This document shows, one piece after another, positions 1 through 12,849 of a DNA stretch of 64,000 nucleotides. Each line of letters starts with the position of its first letter. Position 1 is the stretch's first letter. The position numbers and the translations under genes were made by a program. This DNA is from Octopus bimaculoides (taxonomy: Eukaryota): the NCBI RefSeq assembly GCF_001194135.2, contig NC_068989.1, positions 9,562,505-9,626,504 of the forward strand, written 5' to 3'. The notes beneath the pieces were generated by a model. That model was not told where the DNA came from. It saw only the letters and a program-made list of their open reading frames with translations, and did not search any database.

Positions 1-53
<53 letters not shown>

Positions 54-525
54 TATATATATGCACATATATATACATTCACATATAAAAACTATTACAC
101 ATACACACTCACACACACTCACACATACATATATACCTCTCTATTCATGTATACACATACACACACACTCACATACACACACACACACACACATACACAC
201 ATACACACACACTCATTCAAACTCGTTCACAACCACGTTATATAACTGTTCCGTAATACCTTGTCTCGTTACTGGAAACAGATGCATTCACTCAAACACA
301 CAAACAAACATATGAAAACATGGAGGTATATGCGTAGACATAGACATTATCAATAAATCGATTAGTCATTAATTTTTAAGACAATATCACAATCTCTTCA
401 TATGCTGTATCTCTTCAATCCGTCTTGCTCCCTGAATCCAATTGTCTCAAATTTACAACTCAAGATGCTGGTCTCTTCAATGTGCAATCATTCTGATATT
501 ATGCATATGCGAGCAAGTGAATGTA

Positions 526-561
<36 letters not shown>

Positions 562-609
562 CGCATTTGTATGTGTGTGTATACATATATATGTTTACAT
601 ATGTGTATG

Positions 610-649
<40 letters not shown>

Positions 650-719
650 CATGTGTGTGTGTGTGTACATATATATGTGTATATATATGTATATATATAT
701 ATATACACATATATATGAG

Positions 720-769
<50 letters not shown>

Positions 770-840
770 TACATATATATAATATAAACATGTACGTAGT
801 GTATATACATTTGAATATATATGTGTGTGTATGTGTGCGT
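1..840. repeat. Compound (TA)n/(CA)n/(TG)n microsatellites
   Basis: Seen directly; these explain the HT/YI/CV-repeat ORFs. Confidence 0.95.
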
Positions 841-857
841 GCGTATTCGTGTATGTA

Positions 858-1299
858 TGGTTGTGTGGTTGTGTGGTAAGAAGTTGGTTTTCCAAGGTGG
901 CGAGCTGGCAGAAACGTTAGCACGCCGGGCGAAATGCTTAGCGGTATTTCCTCTGCCGTTACATTCTGAGTTCAAATTCCGCCGAGGTCGACTTTGCCTT
1001 TCATCCTTTCGGGGTCGATAAATTAAGTACCAGTTGCACACTGGGGTCGATGTAATCGACTTAATCCCTTTGTCTGTCCTTGTTTGTCCCCTCTATGTTT
1101 AGCCCCCTGTGGGCAATAAAGAAATAAGAAGTTGGTTTTCTAACCACATGGTTTCAAGTTCAGTCCCACTGCGTGACACTTTGGACACATGTCTTCTATT
1201 ATAGCCTCAGGCCAACCAAAGCCTTGTGAGTGAATTCTGGTGGCAGAAACTGGAAGAAGCCTGCCAAATACATTTGTAGATATAGATATAGATATAGAC
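858..1299 (+). mobile_element. SINE B-type copy (5' part), interrupted by a SINE A
   Basis: tRNA-like head (TGGTTGTGTGG...GTTCAGTCCC) and body homologous to the full B copy at 42519-42900. Confidence 0.8.
893..1124 (+). mobile_element. SINE A (tRNA-derived), full length with 16-bp TSD
   Basis: A-box-like TGGCAGAAACGTTAG (906-920), B-box GAGTTCAAATTCC (968-980). Perfect TSD TAAGAAGTTGGTTTTC at 877-892 and 1125-1140. Confidence 0.92.
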
Positions 1300-1498
1300 A
1301 AATGCTTAGCGGTATTTCGTCTGCCGTTACATTCTGAGTTCAAATTCCGCCAAGGTCAATTTTGCCTTTCATCCTTTTGGGGTCGATAAATTAAGTACCA
1401 GTTACGCACCGGGGTTGATGTAATTGACTTAATCTCTTTGTCTGTCCTTGTTTGTCCCCCCCCTGTGTTTAGCCCCTTGTGGGCAGTAAAGAAATAAG
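1300..1498 (+). mobile_element. SINE A, 5'-truncated
   Basis: Colinear with 893-1124 from AATGCTTAGCGG to the AAAGAAATAAG tail, followed by (AGAT/AGAC)n. Confidence 0.9.
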
Positions 1499-1616
1499 AT
1501 AGATAGATAGATGAGTTCATGCTTACATATATTGATAGACAGACAGATGGACGGACAGACAGACAGACAAATAGACAGACAGACAAATAGACAGACAGAA
1601 AAATAGACAGACAGAC

Positions 1617-1656
<40 letters not shown>

Positions 1657-3190
1657 ATAGATAGACAGATAGATATAGATACATACATACATATATATAT
1701 ATTGAAGAGAGAAAAGTAATATTTCTTCATTGCTCTCTTTCCCTCTTCCTCTCTCTCACTCTCTCCATATGTATATAAATACATCATATATTTGATGGTC
1801 TCTGTGGTACAGAAACATATGTATGAGAAGTATGTAGATGTTAATATGTGTTTTGTTGTACTTATACATGATTATATGTGAAAGAACAGTATGCAGATGA
1901 CGTTTTAGTTCTGTGGTTGCCCTGTGTGTCATTTGAGCCAATCAGAGACTGATAATCCGTGAGGCCATTTTGTTTGCATTTGTATGTGTGTGTGTCTGTG
2001 TGTGTTATTTAAAGAAAACCCATGTCTATCTTAGTTTTCAGCTTCACTCAACTGTCACTGGGAGCTATGAGTAAACTGTCTTCTCTCTGCCTCTCTCTCG
2101 TCCTCTCCCATCACTCTGTCTCTTTCTCTCTCACTCACTTTCGTTAGCCGGTGTCTTCTACCTGTTTTGATATCTGTCTTGATAGAATAACTTCTACCTG
2201 ATCAAAAACTGCTGTCGATTATATGTTCGTAAATATTTTGACTTTGCAAACAAGAAGATATAAGTAATACAAATCTGAAAACATAAGTCAGAAACTTCCT
2301 ATGTATATTACCCAGTTCACTTAGTAAAACACTTTTAACATATTTTTCTACAACACTACTGGTTTCATTGACTTATAAAGTTATCTAGTGTTTCAAATAC
2401 TTTTTATGTAGACTCTGCTTTGACTGATGTGGTAAATTTTAGGCTGCTACTTTCTCCTTTGAAGTCAGCCCTATTTCTAATGAACTATTAGACCAACCAC
2501 ATCAGAAGAGGTCTATTTTCTTATTGGTTGACTGTGTTATTTTTTTTGCTTGTTTTAGTCATTAGACTGCAGCCATGTTATGACACCATGTTGAGATGTA
2601 GGACAAAAGAAAGATTAATTTAGAATTCATTGTGATCCCTCTGAACAACCTGTTCAAGTTCATACAGATGATGACCCCCCCCCCACCCTCAAGCTGCAAA
2701 CAGCCAACAACTGGTGTATATTTTTGTCTGCTACTGATACACCTCTGTGCATTTTTTTTAGCAGTATACGCTTATAAGAGAAGCTTTCTTTAGACAAATT
2801 CCTCTGTGTTATAGCTTTCTACAGAATAATCATATAAGTAAGATATACAGAATGCTATCCTGAACTAATGGTTCTTTTGTCAATTAATAACAAGTTTTTA
2901 CTTTATTTTAAAAATTGCAAGGATAATTTCAGTTAATCAACGATTTTTCAATTCACTCCGTTACATATGTCAGACCTATCAAAAATATTATTAACATTTG
3001 AAAATAAAGATTTTCAAAACTAAGGTGGAGAATTTTCTTTACTGAATACGAAAGAAAGAAATATTGTTAAAATAAAACTGTCATGTGCATCAAAATACCG
3101 TAATAATGAGAATAAACAATGTTTAGTCATTTGGAAATTAAAAATAAATACATTTAATAATATAAACAGATGAGTGTGTGTGTTGTGTGT

Positions 3191-3250
<60 letters not shown>

Positions 3251-3316
3251 ACACATACATGTGTATGTATATAAGTGTGTATGTATATAAGTATGTATGT
3301 ATGTATGTATGTATGT

Positions 3317-4200
3317 ATATTGTGTCAAAAGTTGTTTTGTTTTATTTTTGTATTCAGACTTTAATTAATAGTTCAAACAAATTACATATGAAAAGCGTTT
3401 ATTCATCAAAATATATCCTATCATATTCTATTGTCTGCTGCCATTGTTGGGCCAGAAGCTCAATTCTGTGCTTATACCATTTAGCTGGTTTGGAGGCAAA
3501 AAAAATCTGTGCCCCCATTTTCAACCTCATCCACAGTGTTAAACCTTGGCCCATGCAGGAAATGAACCCTGGCTCACAAAATGGGTGGGAATCTTATGGT
3601 GTAAGGTCTGGACTATAAGCAGAATTAGGCAGCACTTCCAGCCCCTCCAGTTTGCACATGGTCACATTGGCAGTGTGTACTTGGAGCATTGTCATGTTAT
3701 ATGAATGTATGTCTTTGATTGACCAATGCCAGGTAGCAGACTTCCAAAACATTATATCCTCACAGTAGTCTGCTGAGTTTGAATATTAGCATTCACAGCA
3801 TGACCATCTGGGATAATATAATCTCAGAGTGCAACATGCACCAAACATACAACATGATCTTCTGATCTTCCACCAAACATACGACGGAATCTTCTGTTCA
3901 CACAACCTTTGTTTGACAACAGGTTCTGAAGCCTGGCTGGTATGAAGCCACTGATTTCTCTTACTAGGATTACAAAAATGGTTCCGGACTTCATCCCCAG
4001 TCACATCTGATGCCAAAAACAGGTATCTTGAGGATCTGTCAACAGTTGTTCGCAAATGTTCCCTTGTTATTGAACCTGATGAGGATTGGTCTGTTCATAA
4101 GGAACTTCATGACAGTGTCTCTTTACAAGGCTGAACTGAGAGAGGAGTCAATTGATGGTGCTTTATGAAGGACCAAATTCAGCCAACAATGTATGAGTGC
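3317..4200 (-). pseudogene. Degenerate mariner (DD34D) transposase
   Basis: Minus-strand pieces VPYEQ..ICEQLL, VTGDE...NP..R.QW...VWW, HDNAP.HT, LP.SAYSPDLTP*D, FFASKPAKWY...IELL.QQWQ..IEYD.IYFDE*, with stops and frameshifts. Confidence 0.9.
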
Positions 4201-4224
4201 TTTTGCTTGGCTGTTATCCAACTA

Positions 4225-4535
4225 TTTCAAACAAATCTTCACCTTCTATGACAGGTCTCCTTGAATCTTGGTTTGTCTTCAAGACTGGTGTCACCTTCCT
4301 TGAAATCTGCAGGGTTAAATCTTGGTTCATTTGTTCAAGTTTTGAAAGAATTCTTGCCCATATTTCTGTATCTTCATTTGCTGTAATGCCTTGTACAAAA
4401 ATGAGGCACTTAAACATCTCAGGAGTAAGTTCTTTAAGTTTAAAACTTTCACACATTCTGTTGACTCTTCCTGCATAAATAGAGAAGTTTTATCACTGAA
4501 CATGTTAGACAATAATTTGATTGTTTCCTGAAAAC
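4225..4535 (-). mobile_element. Ty3/gypsy (K02A2.6-like) gag fragment
   Basis: FQETIKLLSNMFSDKTSLF / YAGRVNRMCESFKLKELTPEMFKCLIFVQGITANEDTEIWARILSKLEQ resembles gag of invertebrate K02A2.6-like LTR elements (recalled, not searched). Confidence 0.7.
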
Positions 4536-4548
4536 AAATTTCACATAT

Positions 4549-5136
4549 GTATATACGATGGGCTTCTTTCAGTTTCCATCTACCAAATCTACTCACAAGG
4601 TTTTGGTCAGCTTGAGGCTGTAGTAGAAGACACTTGCCCAAGGTGCCATGCAGTGGAACTGAACCTGGAACCATGGGGTTGGAAAGCAAGCTTCTTACCG
4701 CAAATCCATACTGCACCTATATATTCTTTTATTCTTTTATTTGTTTCAGTCATTTGACTGCGGCCATGCTGGAGCACCACCTTTAGTTGAACAAATCAAC
4801 CCCAGGACTTATTCTTTGTAAGTCTAGTATTTATTCCATCAGTCTCTTTTGCCAAACCTCTAAGTTACGGGAACGTAAACACACCAGCATCAGTTGTCAA
4901 GCGATGGTGGGGGAGAGGGACAAAACACAGACGCATACACAAACACACACACACACACAGATATATAAACGACAGGCTTCTTTCAGTTTCCATCTACCAA
5001 ACCCACTCACAAGGCTTTGGTCAGCCCAAGGCTGTAGTACAAGACACTTGCCCAAGATTCCACAGAGTGGAACTGAACCCGGAACCTATGTGGTTGGGAA
5101 GCAAGCTTCTTACCACACAGCCACGCCAGCACCTAT
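4549..5136 (-). mobile_element. Two adjacent SINE B copies (5' half 4549-4720; full length 4723-5136)
   Basis: Reverse complement of 42519-42900, including the internal CA/TA microsatellite. Confidence 0.9.
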
Positions 5137-5689
5137 ATATATATGTATATGTATTTTGGGAAAAAGCTAATTATTTTGTAAAGTTAGCTATGAATATATC
5201 TAAACTCTTTATGAATTATTTTTCTTCAGAAAGCACTCAGCAACATTTTTCTATGTTCTATAGTACCAAGTAGGTGGCATGTTAATGAGATTTCTATTAT
5301 GTGATCACTTTTATGAGATTTTCGTACGTGACCTCTTTGGAAAATTTCAACTTTTAAATTCATTTTCCCAACAACAGTAATTCTTTTGACTAATTGGTTA
5401 ATTAGTCATCACAAATACATCATTAAGTAGTACATGTTCTCAATAAAATATTGCATGCATGAATTCTTTCTATTGTTTTTGTTTTGATCATGTGAATTCA
5501 ATTTAACTTTGCTGATTTACAAGATGTGTGAATTGGCCATCAACACAGTTTGTGGTGAAGTTAATGCTTTTTACATGAGCATATTAATGATTATACACTC
5601 AAGTGAGTGTATATAATTATATTAGAAGGATCTGCCATGTGCTCTTTTTCTTATTTAATTTTGTATTAATAAATTTCAAGACCCGGCAA

Positions 5690-6104
5690 GTAAAGTGAGA
5701 TCACAGCTGTGCTCAATACCAGCGTCACATAACTGCCACATTTAAAAGTACCCTTGAATTGTCAGGCGACACACTGTGCTTCAGAAGACCTGTTGAGTCA
5801 AGTGAAGTCATAGCCGTGGACGATGCCAGTGCCGTCTGACTAGCATCCGTGCTGGTGGCACATAATAAGCACAATTCAAGCGTGGGTCAATGCCAGTGCC
5901 ACCTGATTAGCTCCTCATGTTGGTGACATGTAAAAATTACCCACTACACTCTCAGAGTGGTTGGCATTAGAAAGGGCATCCAGCTGTAGAAACCTTGCCA
6001 GATCAGATTGGAGCCTGGTGCAGCCTCCCAGCTTGCCAGTCCTCAGTCAAACCATCCAACCCATGCCAGCATGGAAGGCAGACATTAAACGATGATGATG
6101 ATGA
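5690..6104 (+). mobile_element. Family C repeat (RTE-type 3' end with (GAT)n tail)
   Basis: Ends ...CCAACCCATGCCAGCATGGAAGGCAGACATTAAACGATGATGATG; about ten homologous copies in the window. Confidence 0.8.
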
Positions 6105-6239
6105 CATTAGAATGAGATTTGAGGTTTCTTGGCTACTATTTCTAATGGTTTAAATTCCACAGCTTATTTATAGTTCTAATTTAACTTAGATAAAAAGAAA
6201 AATTGGTTTCCAATATGGCTTCACTCTTGCTACACCTAA

Positions 6240-7350
6240 CAATGAGATCAGTTAAGAATGGTAGTCATTTGGTTTAAAGCAGAGTCATAATTGGCTGTGA
6301 GGTAAATGAATGATGAATTGAATTAATGTACATTTGGTGTGTAACAAGGCTCCATCCTTAGCACACTTTTGCTCCAACATTTGAAGTAATTAATACTGAC
6401 ACCCCAGTTCATCATCATCATCATCATCATTTAATGCCTAATTTCTATGCTGGCATGGGTTGGACGGTTTGACAAGAGCTGCCAAGCTGGAGACCAACAC
6501 CAGGTTCCGGTTGTTTGTTTTGCCATGGTTTCTATGGTCAGATGCCCTTCCTAATGCCAACCACTTTACAGAGTGTAAAGGGTGCATTTCCCATGGCACC
6601 ATCACTGGTGTGTTTTACACAGCACCAGCACTGGTGTTTTTTATGTAGCACCAAGACTGGTGCCTTCTATGTGATGTCAGCACAGGTATTTTTTCACATG
6701 ACACCAACACAGGTGTTGAGCTAGAGTTAAAATATCTAAAAGTTAACATCATAAAGAAGAAGGTGCCAATAAACAACTAAGGATGTGTAATCTGCTGCAT
6801 TAGGCAGAATAAATTTTTGCCGATTCTAAAGAAAGGTGTAGATATAAATTCAGTGCTATGTAATCTATAGAAGCTGTGCTGCAAGTCAAAAGGGACAGCA
6901 AGTCTGTGAGAAGTCTGATATTAGTAGCTGTACTGGAATAGTTGGTAAACTGAGCAGCCATTAAATGGATAATTCAGTAGAAGTTACAGATAAGTTTTGT
7001 TACCTAGGTAACATAATTAATGCTGGAAATTATATCAGTAAATGCATAGTAACTAAGCTGAGAACAAAATGGAAATTCAGAGCAGAGTCACCTATTTTGA
7101 TATAAAAGTGTTTCTTTCTGCAGGCAAAGAGAAGACTGTATCAGGCATGTTTAGTAAAGCATAATGTCTTTTACACATGCACAATGAATGCAGAGAATAA
7201 AGTAATTGTAGAGTAACAAGTACAATGTGGTCTGTAAGACATGTAATGTTAATTTACAAATGATTTTGAGTACAAATGTGTTGAAAAGAGCTGATTATCA
7301 ATGGCATTCATTTATATATCAAGGAAAAATAATTGTATAGGTTTCTGAAA
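6240..7350 (+). pseudogene. Degenerate RTE-clade LINE reverse transcriptase fragment, interrupted at 6409-6720
   Basis: GV*QGSILSTLL (~6335), LELKYLKVNIIKKKV (6721), KGVDINSVLC, and VEVTDKFCYLGNIINAG...KFRAESPIL...KRRLYQAC (from 6977). Confidence 0.8.
6409..6720 (-). mobile_element. Family C variant with ~25-bp internal tandem units
   Basis: (CAT)n tail at left, then CATGCTGGCATGGGTTGG...GATGCCCTTCCTAATGCCAACCAC. Confidence 0.8.
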
Positions 7351-7794
7351 TGTAAGGCAAATAAATGTTAAAATTCTTTGTGAAAAATTATTACAAGTCA
7401 ATAGCAGAAGACAGCCATGATAGAAGATGATTTAATAAAGTATAAACCATACCTCATCCACGACAGGTTTTGACGACTGGTTTCCCGGCATTAAGTGAAT
7501 GAGAGCCAGATAACTCATTGGAGAGGTCTATTACGTTCTGATACCTTCTGATAGCTATTCCCAACATCTACTTGAACCAGGGTATCTATAAGCAAATGCA
7601 CCAAAATTTTAACTGGTGGAGCATCCTAGTCTAGAAGTTCTAACCAATGAATCAAAACTTAAATTGGGGCATTGGTGTAATTCCAGAAGTACCAAAAAGA
7701 TGAAAATCTTTCATTTTTGAAATATTTAACATGATATTCATCATCATCATCACCATCATCACCATCATCATTATTCTCATCCTTATCCTTCCTC

Positions 7795-7826
<32 letters not shown>

Positions 7827-8124
7827 TATATAAATACATACACATATAAGTGTGTGCATGTAGGTATGAGTACAAATGTATAAATGCAGGCGCATATGTA
7901 TGTATATGTGCATGTATGTATGTGTGTGTGTGTGTATTCACACATTTTGATAGAATTTTTGCTACCAATCTGGGACCCAAGGTTTCCTGATGTCAGAAGT
8001 CAGCATTTATTCAGTCAGATTTCAAATCCTAAATGACTCTCTGGCCATTGCCAGTGAAGTGTCAGTTCTGGTTTTATCCTGGCTGATTAAATACTGGTTT
8101 CTGTCTGTCTGTCTGTATGTATGT

Positions 8125-8620
8125 ATGTCATTATTCAGTTTATTTCAAGATTTCTTGCTAATAGAGAAAGAACCAGTTTCTAACCTAGATCCAAGGCTCC
8201 TTCATTGGAATTCCATCATCAACAACAGGGCAATTTTTGTTTATATGTATGTATGTATTGTCATGCACATAGTCGCATATCTAGACATTCTCATATATAT
8301 TTAAAAGATAAACTTCTGGCAAGTTTTACAGATTTTTACAGTTCCAGTGATCGATTGGATCTGTAGTCTTCGAATTAGCTTCCTCCTTTCTGGTTTTCAG
8401 AAGCCTAATTTCTCAAGGTTGGTATTTAGGCAGTGTGCTACATATCCCAGGGCCCCTATAATTACAGGTATAAACCTGAACTTGTAATCAGGATACAGTA
8501 ACTGCAGATTTCTCAATAGTCCTGCATAGGTGTTCTTCTTTTTAAAGAATATTACAACCAAATAAAGAAAATTTGAACCTCAGAACAATCTGCATTCTGT
8601 AAAACAGTGGCCCACAATGT
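8125..8620 (-). mobile_element. 3' end of a restriction-like-endonuclease (RLE) non-LTR retrotransposon
   Basis: Encodes YAGLLRNLQLLYPDYKFRFIPVIIGALGYV...LEKLGF*...LQIQSITGTVKICKT; homologous to 38757-39500. Confidence 0.85.
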
Positions 8621-8632
8621 GTTTGCAGTTCT

Positions 8633-8823
8633 TACGTCTTCGGGAACAATTTTGCGTCTTCAGGAGAGTTTTTGAGTNNNNNNNNNNNNNNNNNNNNNNN
8701 NNNNNNNNNNNNNNNNNNNNNNNNNNNNNNNNNNNNNNNNNNNNNNNNNNNNNNNNNNNNNNNNNNNNNNNNNNNNNGCGTCTTCGGGAACGTCCTTATG
8801 TCTTCGGGAACGTTTTTGCGTCT
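8633..8823. repeat. ~20-bp minisatellite (GCGTCTTCGGGAACGTTTTT-like) spanning an N gap
   Basis: GTCTTCGGGAAC recurs on both sides of the gap at 8678-8777. Confidence 0.8.
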
Positions 8824-8965
8824 TATTTGTATAGATATATATATTTATATACTTATATATATGTGAATGTGTGCTGTGTGTATGCGTGTATGTATAAGTT
8901 TGTATGTATGTACTTAATTATGTATGCATGTATGTAAGTATGTATATATATCTATATATCAATAC

Positions 8966-9009
<44 letters not shown>

Positions 9010-10710
9010 ATACATATGCATGTACACACACACACACACAGACACTCTTACATGCAACAGAAGGCAGATATATGCCAAGAAATAATGTAATATGGTTCTC
9101 GTTACTACTGAAACTTTCCCAGTAATAAAATTAATTACAATTGAACACTACCTCATTGTCTATCAATTCCACAACATTCACCACAAAAACCTGGTATTTC
9201 TCGGCCGTATCCCCCCCCACACACACACACACATGCACACAGACACACTCACTCACACATGTACACGCACCACCTAATTACTAAATCTCTATCATCTATC
9301 GAGTCACAGCTGCTCTTACAGTGCCCAGTTATCATCGCGCAATCTAATAATCATTTTCATAATCAGGAAAGAATCCTTCATTATTATATCTTTTGATCGT
9401 TAATTAACGAGCCATTCATTATCACCTGTTTTATGGCTGTTGCACTGTTAATCTTTCTACTATCTAAAAGTATGATATTTTCCATAATTCAACTTTGTGT
9501 TNNNNNNNNNNNNNNNNNNNNNNNNNNNNNNNNNNNNNNNNNNNNNNNNNNNNNNNNNNNNNNNNNNNNNNNNNNNNNNNNNNNNNNNNNNNNNNNNNNN
9601 NNNNNNNNNNNNNNNNNNNNNNNNNNNNNNNNNNNNNNNNNNNNNNNNNNNNNNNNNNNNNNNNNNNNNNNNNNNNNNNNNNNNNNNNNNNNNNNNNNNN
9701 NNNNNNNNNNNNNNNNNNNNNNNNNNNNNNNNNNNNNNNNNNNNNNNNNNNNNNNNNNNNNNNNNNNNNNNNNNNNNNNNNNNNNNNNNNNNNNNNNNNN
9801 NNNNNNNNNNNNNNNNNNNNNNNNNNNNNNNNNNNNNNNNNNNNNNNNNNNNNNNNNNNNNNNNNNNNNNNNNNNNNNNNNNNNNNNNNNNNNNNNNNNN
9901 NNNNNNNNNNNNNNNNNNNNNNNNNNNNNNNNNNNNNNNNNNNNNNNNNNNNNNNNNNNNNNNNNNNNNNNNNNNNNNNNNNNNNNNNNNNNNNNNNNNN
10001 NNNNNNNNNNNNNNNNNNNNNNNNNNNNNNNNNNNNNNNNNNNNNNNNNNNNNNNNNNNNNNNNNNNNNNNNNNNNNNNNNNNNNNNNNNNNNNNNNNNN
10101 NNNNNNNNNNNNNNNNNNNNNNNNNNNNNNNNNNNNNNNNNNNNNNNNNNNNNNNNNNNNNNNNNNNNNNNNNNNNNNNNNNNNNNNNNNNNNNNNNNNN
10201 NNNNNNNNNNNNNNNNNNNNNNNNNNNNNNNNNNNNNNNNNNNNNNNNNNNNNNNNNNNNNNNNNNNNNNNNNNNNNNNNNNNNNNNNNNNNNNNNNNNN
10301 NNNNNNNNNNNNNNNNNNNNNNNNNNNNNNNNNNNNNNNNNNNNNNNNNNNNNNNNNNNNNNNNNNNNNNNNNNNNNNNNNNNNNNNNNNNNNNNNNNNN
10401 NNNNNNNNNNNNNNNNNNNNNNNNNNNNNNNNNNNNNNACGCACACACATACACAGACATACACACACATATACACGCACACATACACACACATATACAC
10501 ACACATACACACACACATACACACACACATACACACACATACACACACACATGCACACACACATACACACACGCGTACACACACACAAATACACACACAT
10601 ATACACACACATACACACACTCATACACACACAAGCACACAAACATGCACGCACACAAGCACACACACATGCACACGTACACACACACACATATACACAC
10701 ATTCACACAT

Positions 10711-10745
<35 letters not shown>

Positions 10746-11684
10746 CACACATACATACACACATGTATACACATATATAAATGCACCTGGGAAAAGGATG
10801 TTCTTAATTGCATTTCGCTGTGTCTTTGTACTCTCCAGCCACCATGGTTCTATTCTGCTTGTTGCTAGTCTAATGCCTCCAGACATTCGAAGAACGGAAC
10901 TCATGATGTATTTGCATTTCTTACAATAAAAGCTGATGCGTTGCTACATTTTGCATCCATTTTCGCTTTTCTTTTCAGAGTAAGTCAAATACAACTTCAT
11001 GGAACCACAAATAAATGACAGACTTTCTGTTGCAAAGTTCAGATTATTTTATACATCTGCATCCAGTGCTGGATTAACCATTAAGCAAAATAAGCTTAGG
11101 GCATCATGGGAAGGAGGGAGCACTACAGAAATGGTAAATGGTGTACAACACAAAAGAAATCACTTTCAATTTGCTAAAATTATATTCGAAGTGGTTTTTA
11201 TGATTGGAAATATAATTTCAAATTGTTCGTGGTGTCATAGTGACGGTTTGGTCAAAGACTTTGCAATTAATAAAAGTAGGAGAAAACTTTTCAAAGATAA
11301 ATACATTGGAAGTATATAAAAATGAAGTATATATATATATATATATTGTTTGTAAAAAACATAAATCCGAAAGAAGAAGCTCACTCTAAGATGTACAACA
11401 GTATATATTAAAAATGGGGAAAGCCGGTTTTTGAGTTTACCTTAGGTTTCCCATCCATAAAGGGTTTAGCTTCATGGTGTATCGTCAGATCCAAAAAAAC
11501 TGTTGGTCCATGATCTCTTAAAAATATGGAGGGGTGAATGCCTCATTACTCAAACGATTATCTCCCTTTGTGATTGGCTATTGACTTCTGGTTGTATTGC
11601 CATCTTGCAGGCTCCAAAAAGCTAGCAGGAACCGCCTAAAATGTGAACACGGCCTGTTCTGAGATTTTCGCCCTCTTCAATGGT

Positions 11685-11800
11685 CATTGACAGGGTCAAC
11701 AACGACTACTGAAGACGTTGCAAGAAGCAACGAAAATTTTAGCAAAAATAAGTAAGTAAATGAGTGGAAATTGAACCAGTGAGTGTGTTAATTAATAAGG
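11685..11800 (+). mobile_element. Penelope-like terminal-repeat fragment (may extend left to ~11340)
   Basis: Homologous to the inverted copy at 21645-21775 and contains a hammerhead-like motif. The PLE assignment is inferred from that motif. Confidence 0.55.
11706..11742 (+). ncRNA. Minimal type-I hammerhead ribozyme-like motif
   Basis: cta-CTGAAGA-C-[GTTGC aagaa GCAAC]-GAAA-ATT-T-tag: intact core, 5-bp helix II, palindromic AATT helix III, 3-bp helix I. Confidence 0.55.
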
Positions 11801-12154
11801 CATTAAAACAAAATGATTCTCTCCAGATACAATAAAATATGCTTCAACACACAAATTCACATAAAGAATCTTGCAAACCAAATACAAAAACGAAATATAT
11901 ATATATACATACATACATATATGTTTGTGTACATATATGTGTGTGTGTGTACATAGACATGACATATACATATATATAGAGAGGGAGACACACACACACA
12001 GTGACACAAGTGTGTACATACATGTATGTATGTGTATATATATATACATTTACAACTTGAAGGGATTGATTTAGTAGAACATTGAAGACTGAGAAGATAA
12101 GATCATAAAAGACAAGGTTAACAGTCAGTGTCATTGAATACAGTCATCCACCCA

Positions 12155-12203
12155 CACTCTCTCTCTCTCTCTCTCTCTCTTTTGCTCTCTCTCTCTCTCT
12201 CTT

Positions 12204-12270
<67 letters not shown>
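12155..12270. repeat. (CT)n microsatellite
   Basis: Seen directly. Confidence 0.95.
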
Positions 12271-12272
<2 letters not shown>

Positions 12273-12849
12273 GCCTCTTTATCTCTTCTGGTCAATTATC
12301 AAGCAGCTAATTATTTACTACTGTTTAAGAACAAAAATTTAAAAGACCTTTTTTTTTTTTCTTTTTCCAATTAAAGAATACATTAAAGACAAAAAAAATC
12401 TTTTCTCTCCAGAATGCAGGTGCATTATAAACATTTCACACAATGCAACCTGGTGATCTTGCTCATTTGTGATTAAACTTCGATCTTGTTGATTAGTGAT
12501 TAATCTTCAATCTTACACGAACCTCTCACTGTTTCTCCTTCGCCTTTCCTTCTCTCGACACTCTATCTTGATTAAACTGTCTAGAAATGTTTAGCAAAAC
12601 AACAACAGTCAAATGAGGGAGACCCCAAAAGGGTCATTTGGTTGCTTGAAATAGCTGACTAATTTTTCCTCAGATCATAATTTAACTACTTTTTAAAAAC
12701 AGAAGAACACATTGAATATTACAGTATTATAGCTAGTACTTTCTGTGACATTCCCATTTTTATTTTTATTCTGGACACAATCTGTCTAGGGTTACACAAT
12801 CCAGTGCGTATTCTTGGATACACTACATCTGTGTCATCATAGATATACT

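Noticed and set aside
1930-1980. CCAAT, GATA and YY1-like motifs close together
   Set aside because: No CpG enrichment or downstream exon.
10960-10990. Polypyrimidine-CAG-A-GTAAGT (1-nt microexon or recursive-like site), with GCCACCATGG at ~10839
   Set aside because: The Kozak ATG gives only 9 codons, no gene context is established, and such motifs arise by chance.
10999-11319. 106-aa ORF upstream of the first hammerhead-bearing repeat
   Set aside because: No GIY-YIG or RT motif is recognisable, so it cannot be assigned to Penelope.
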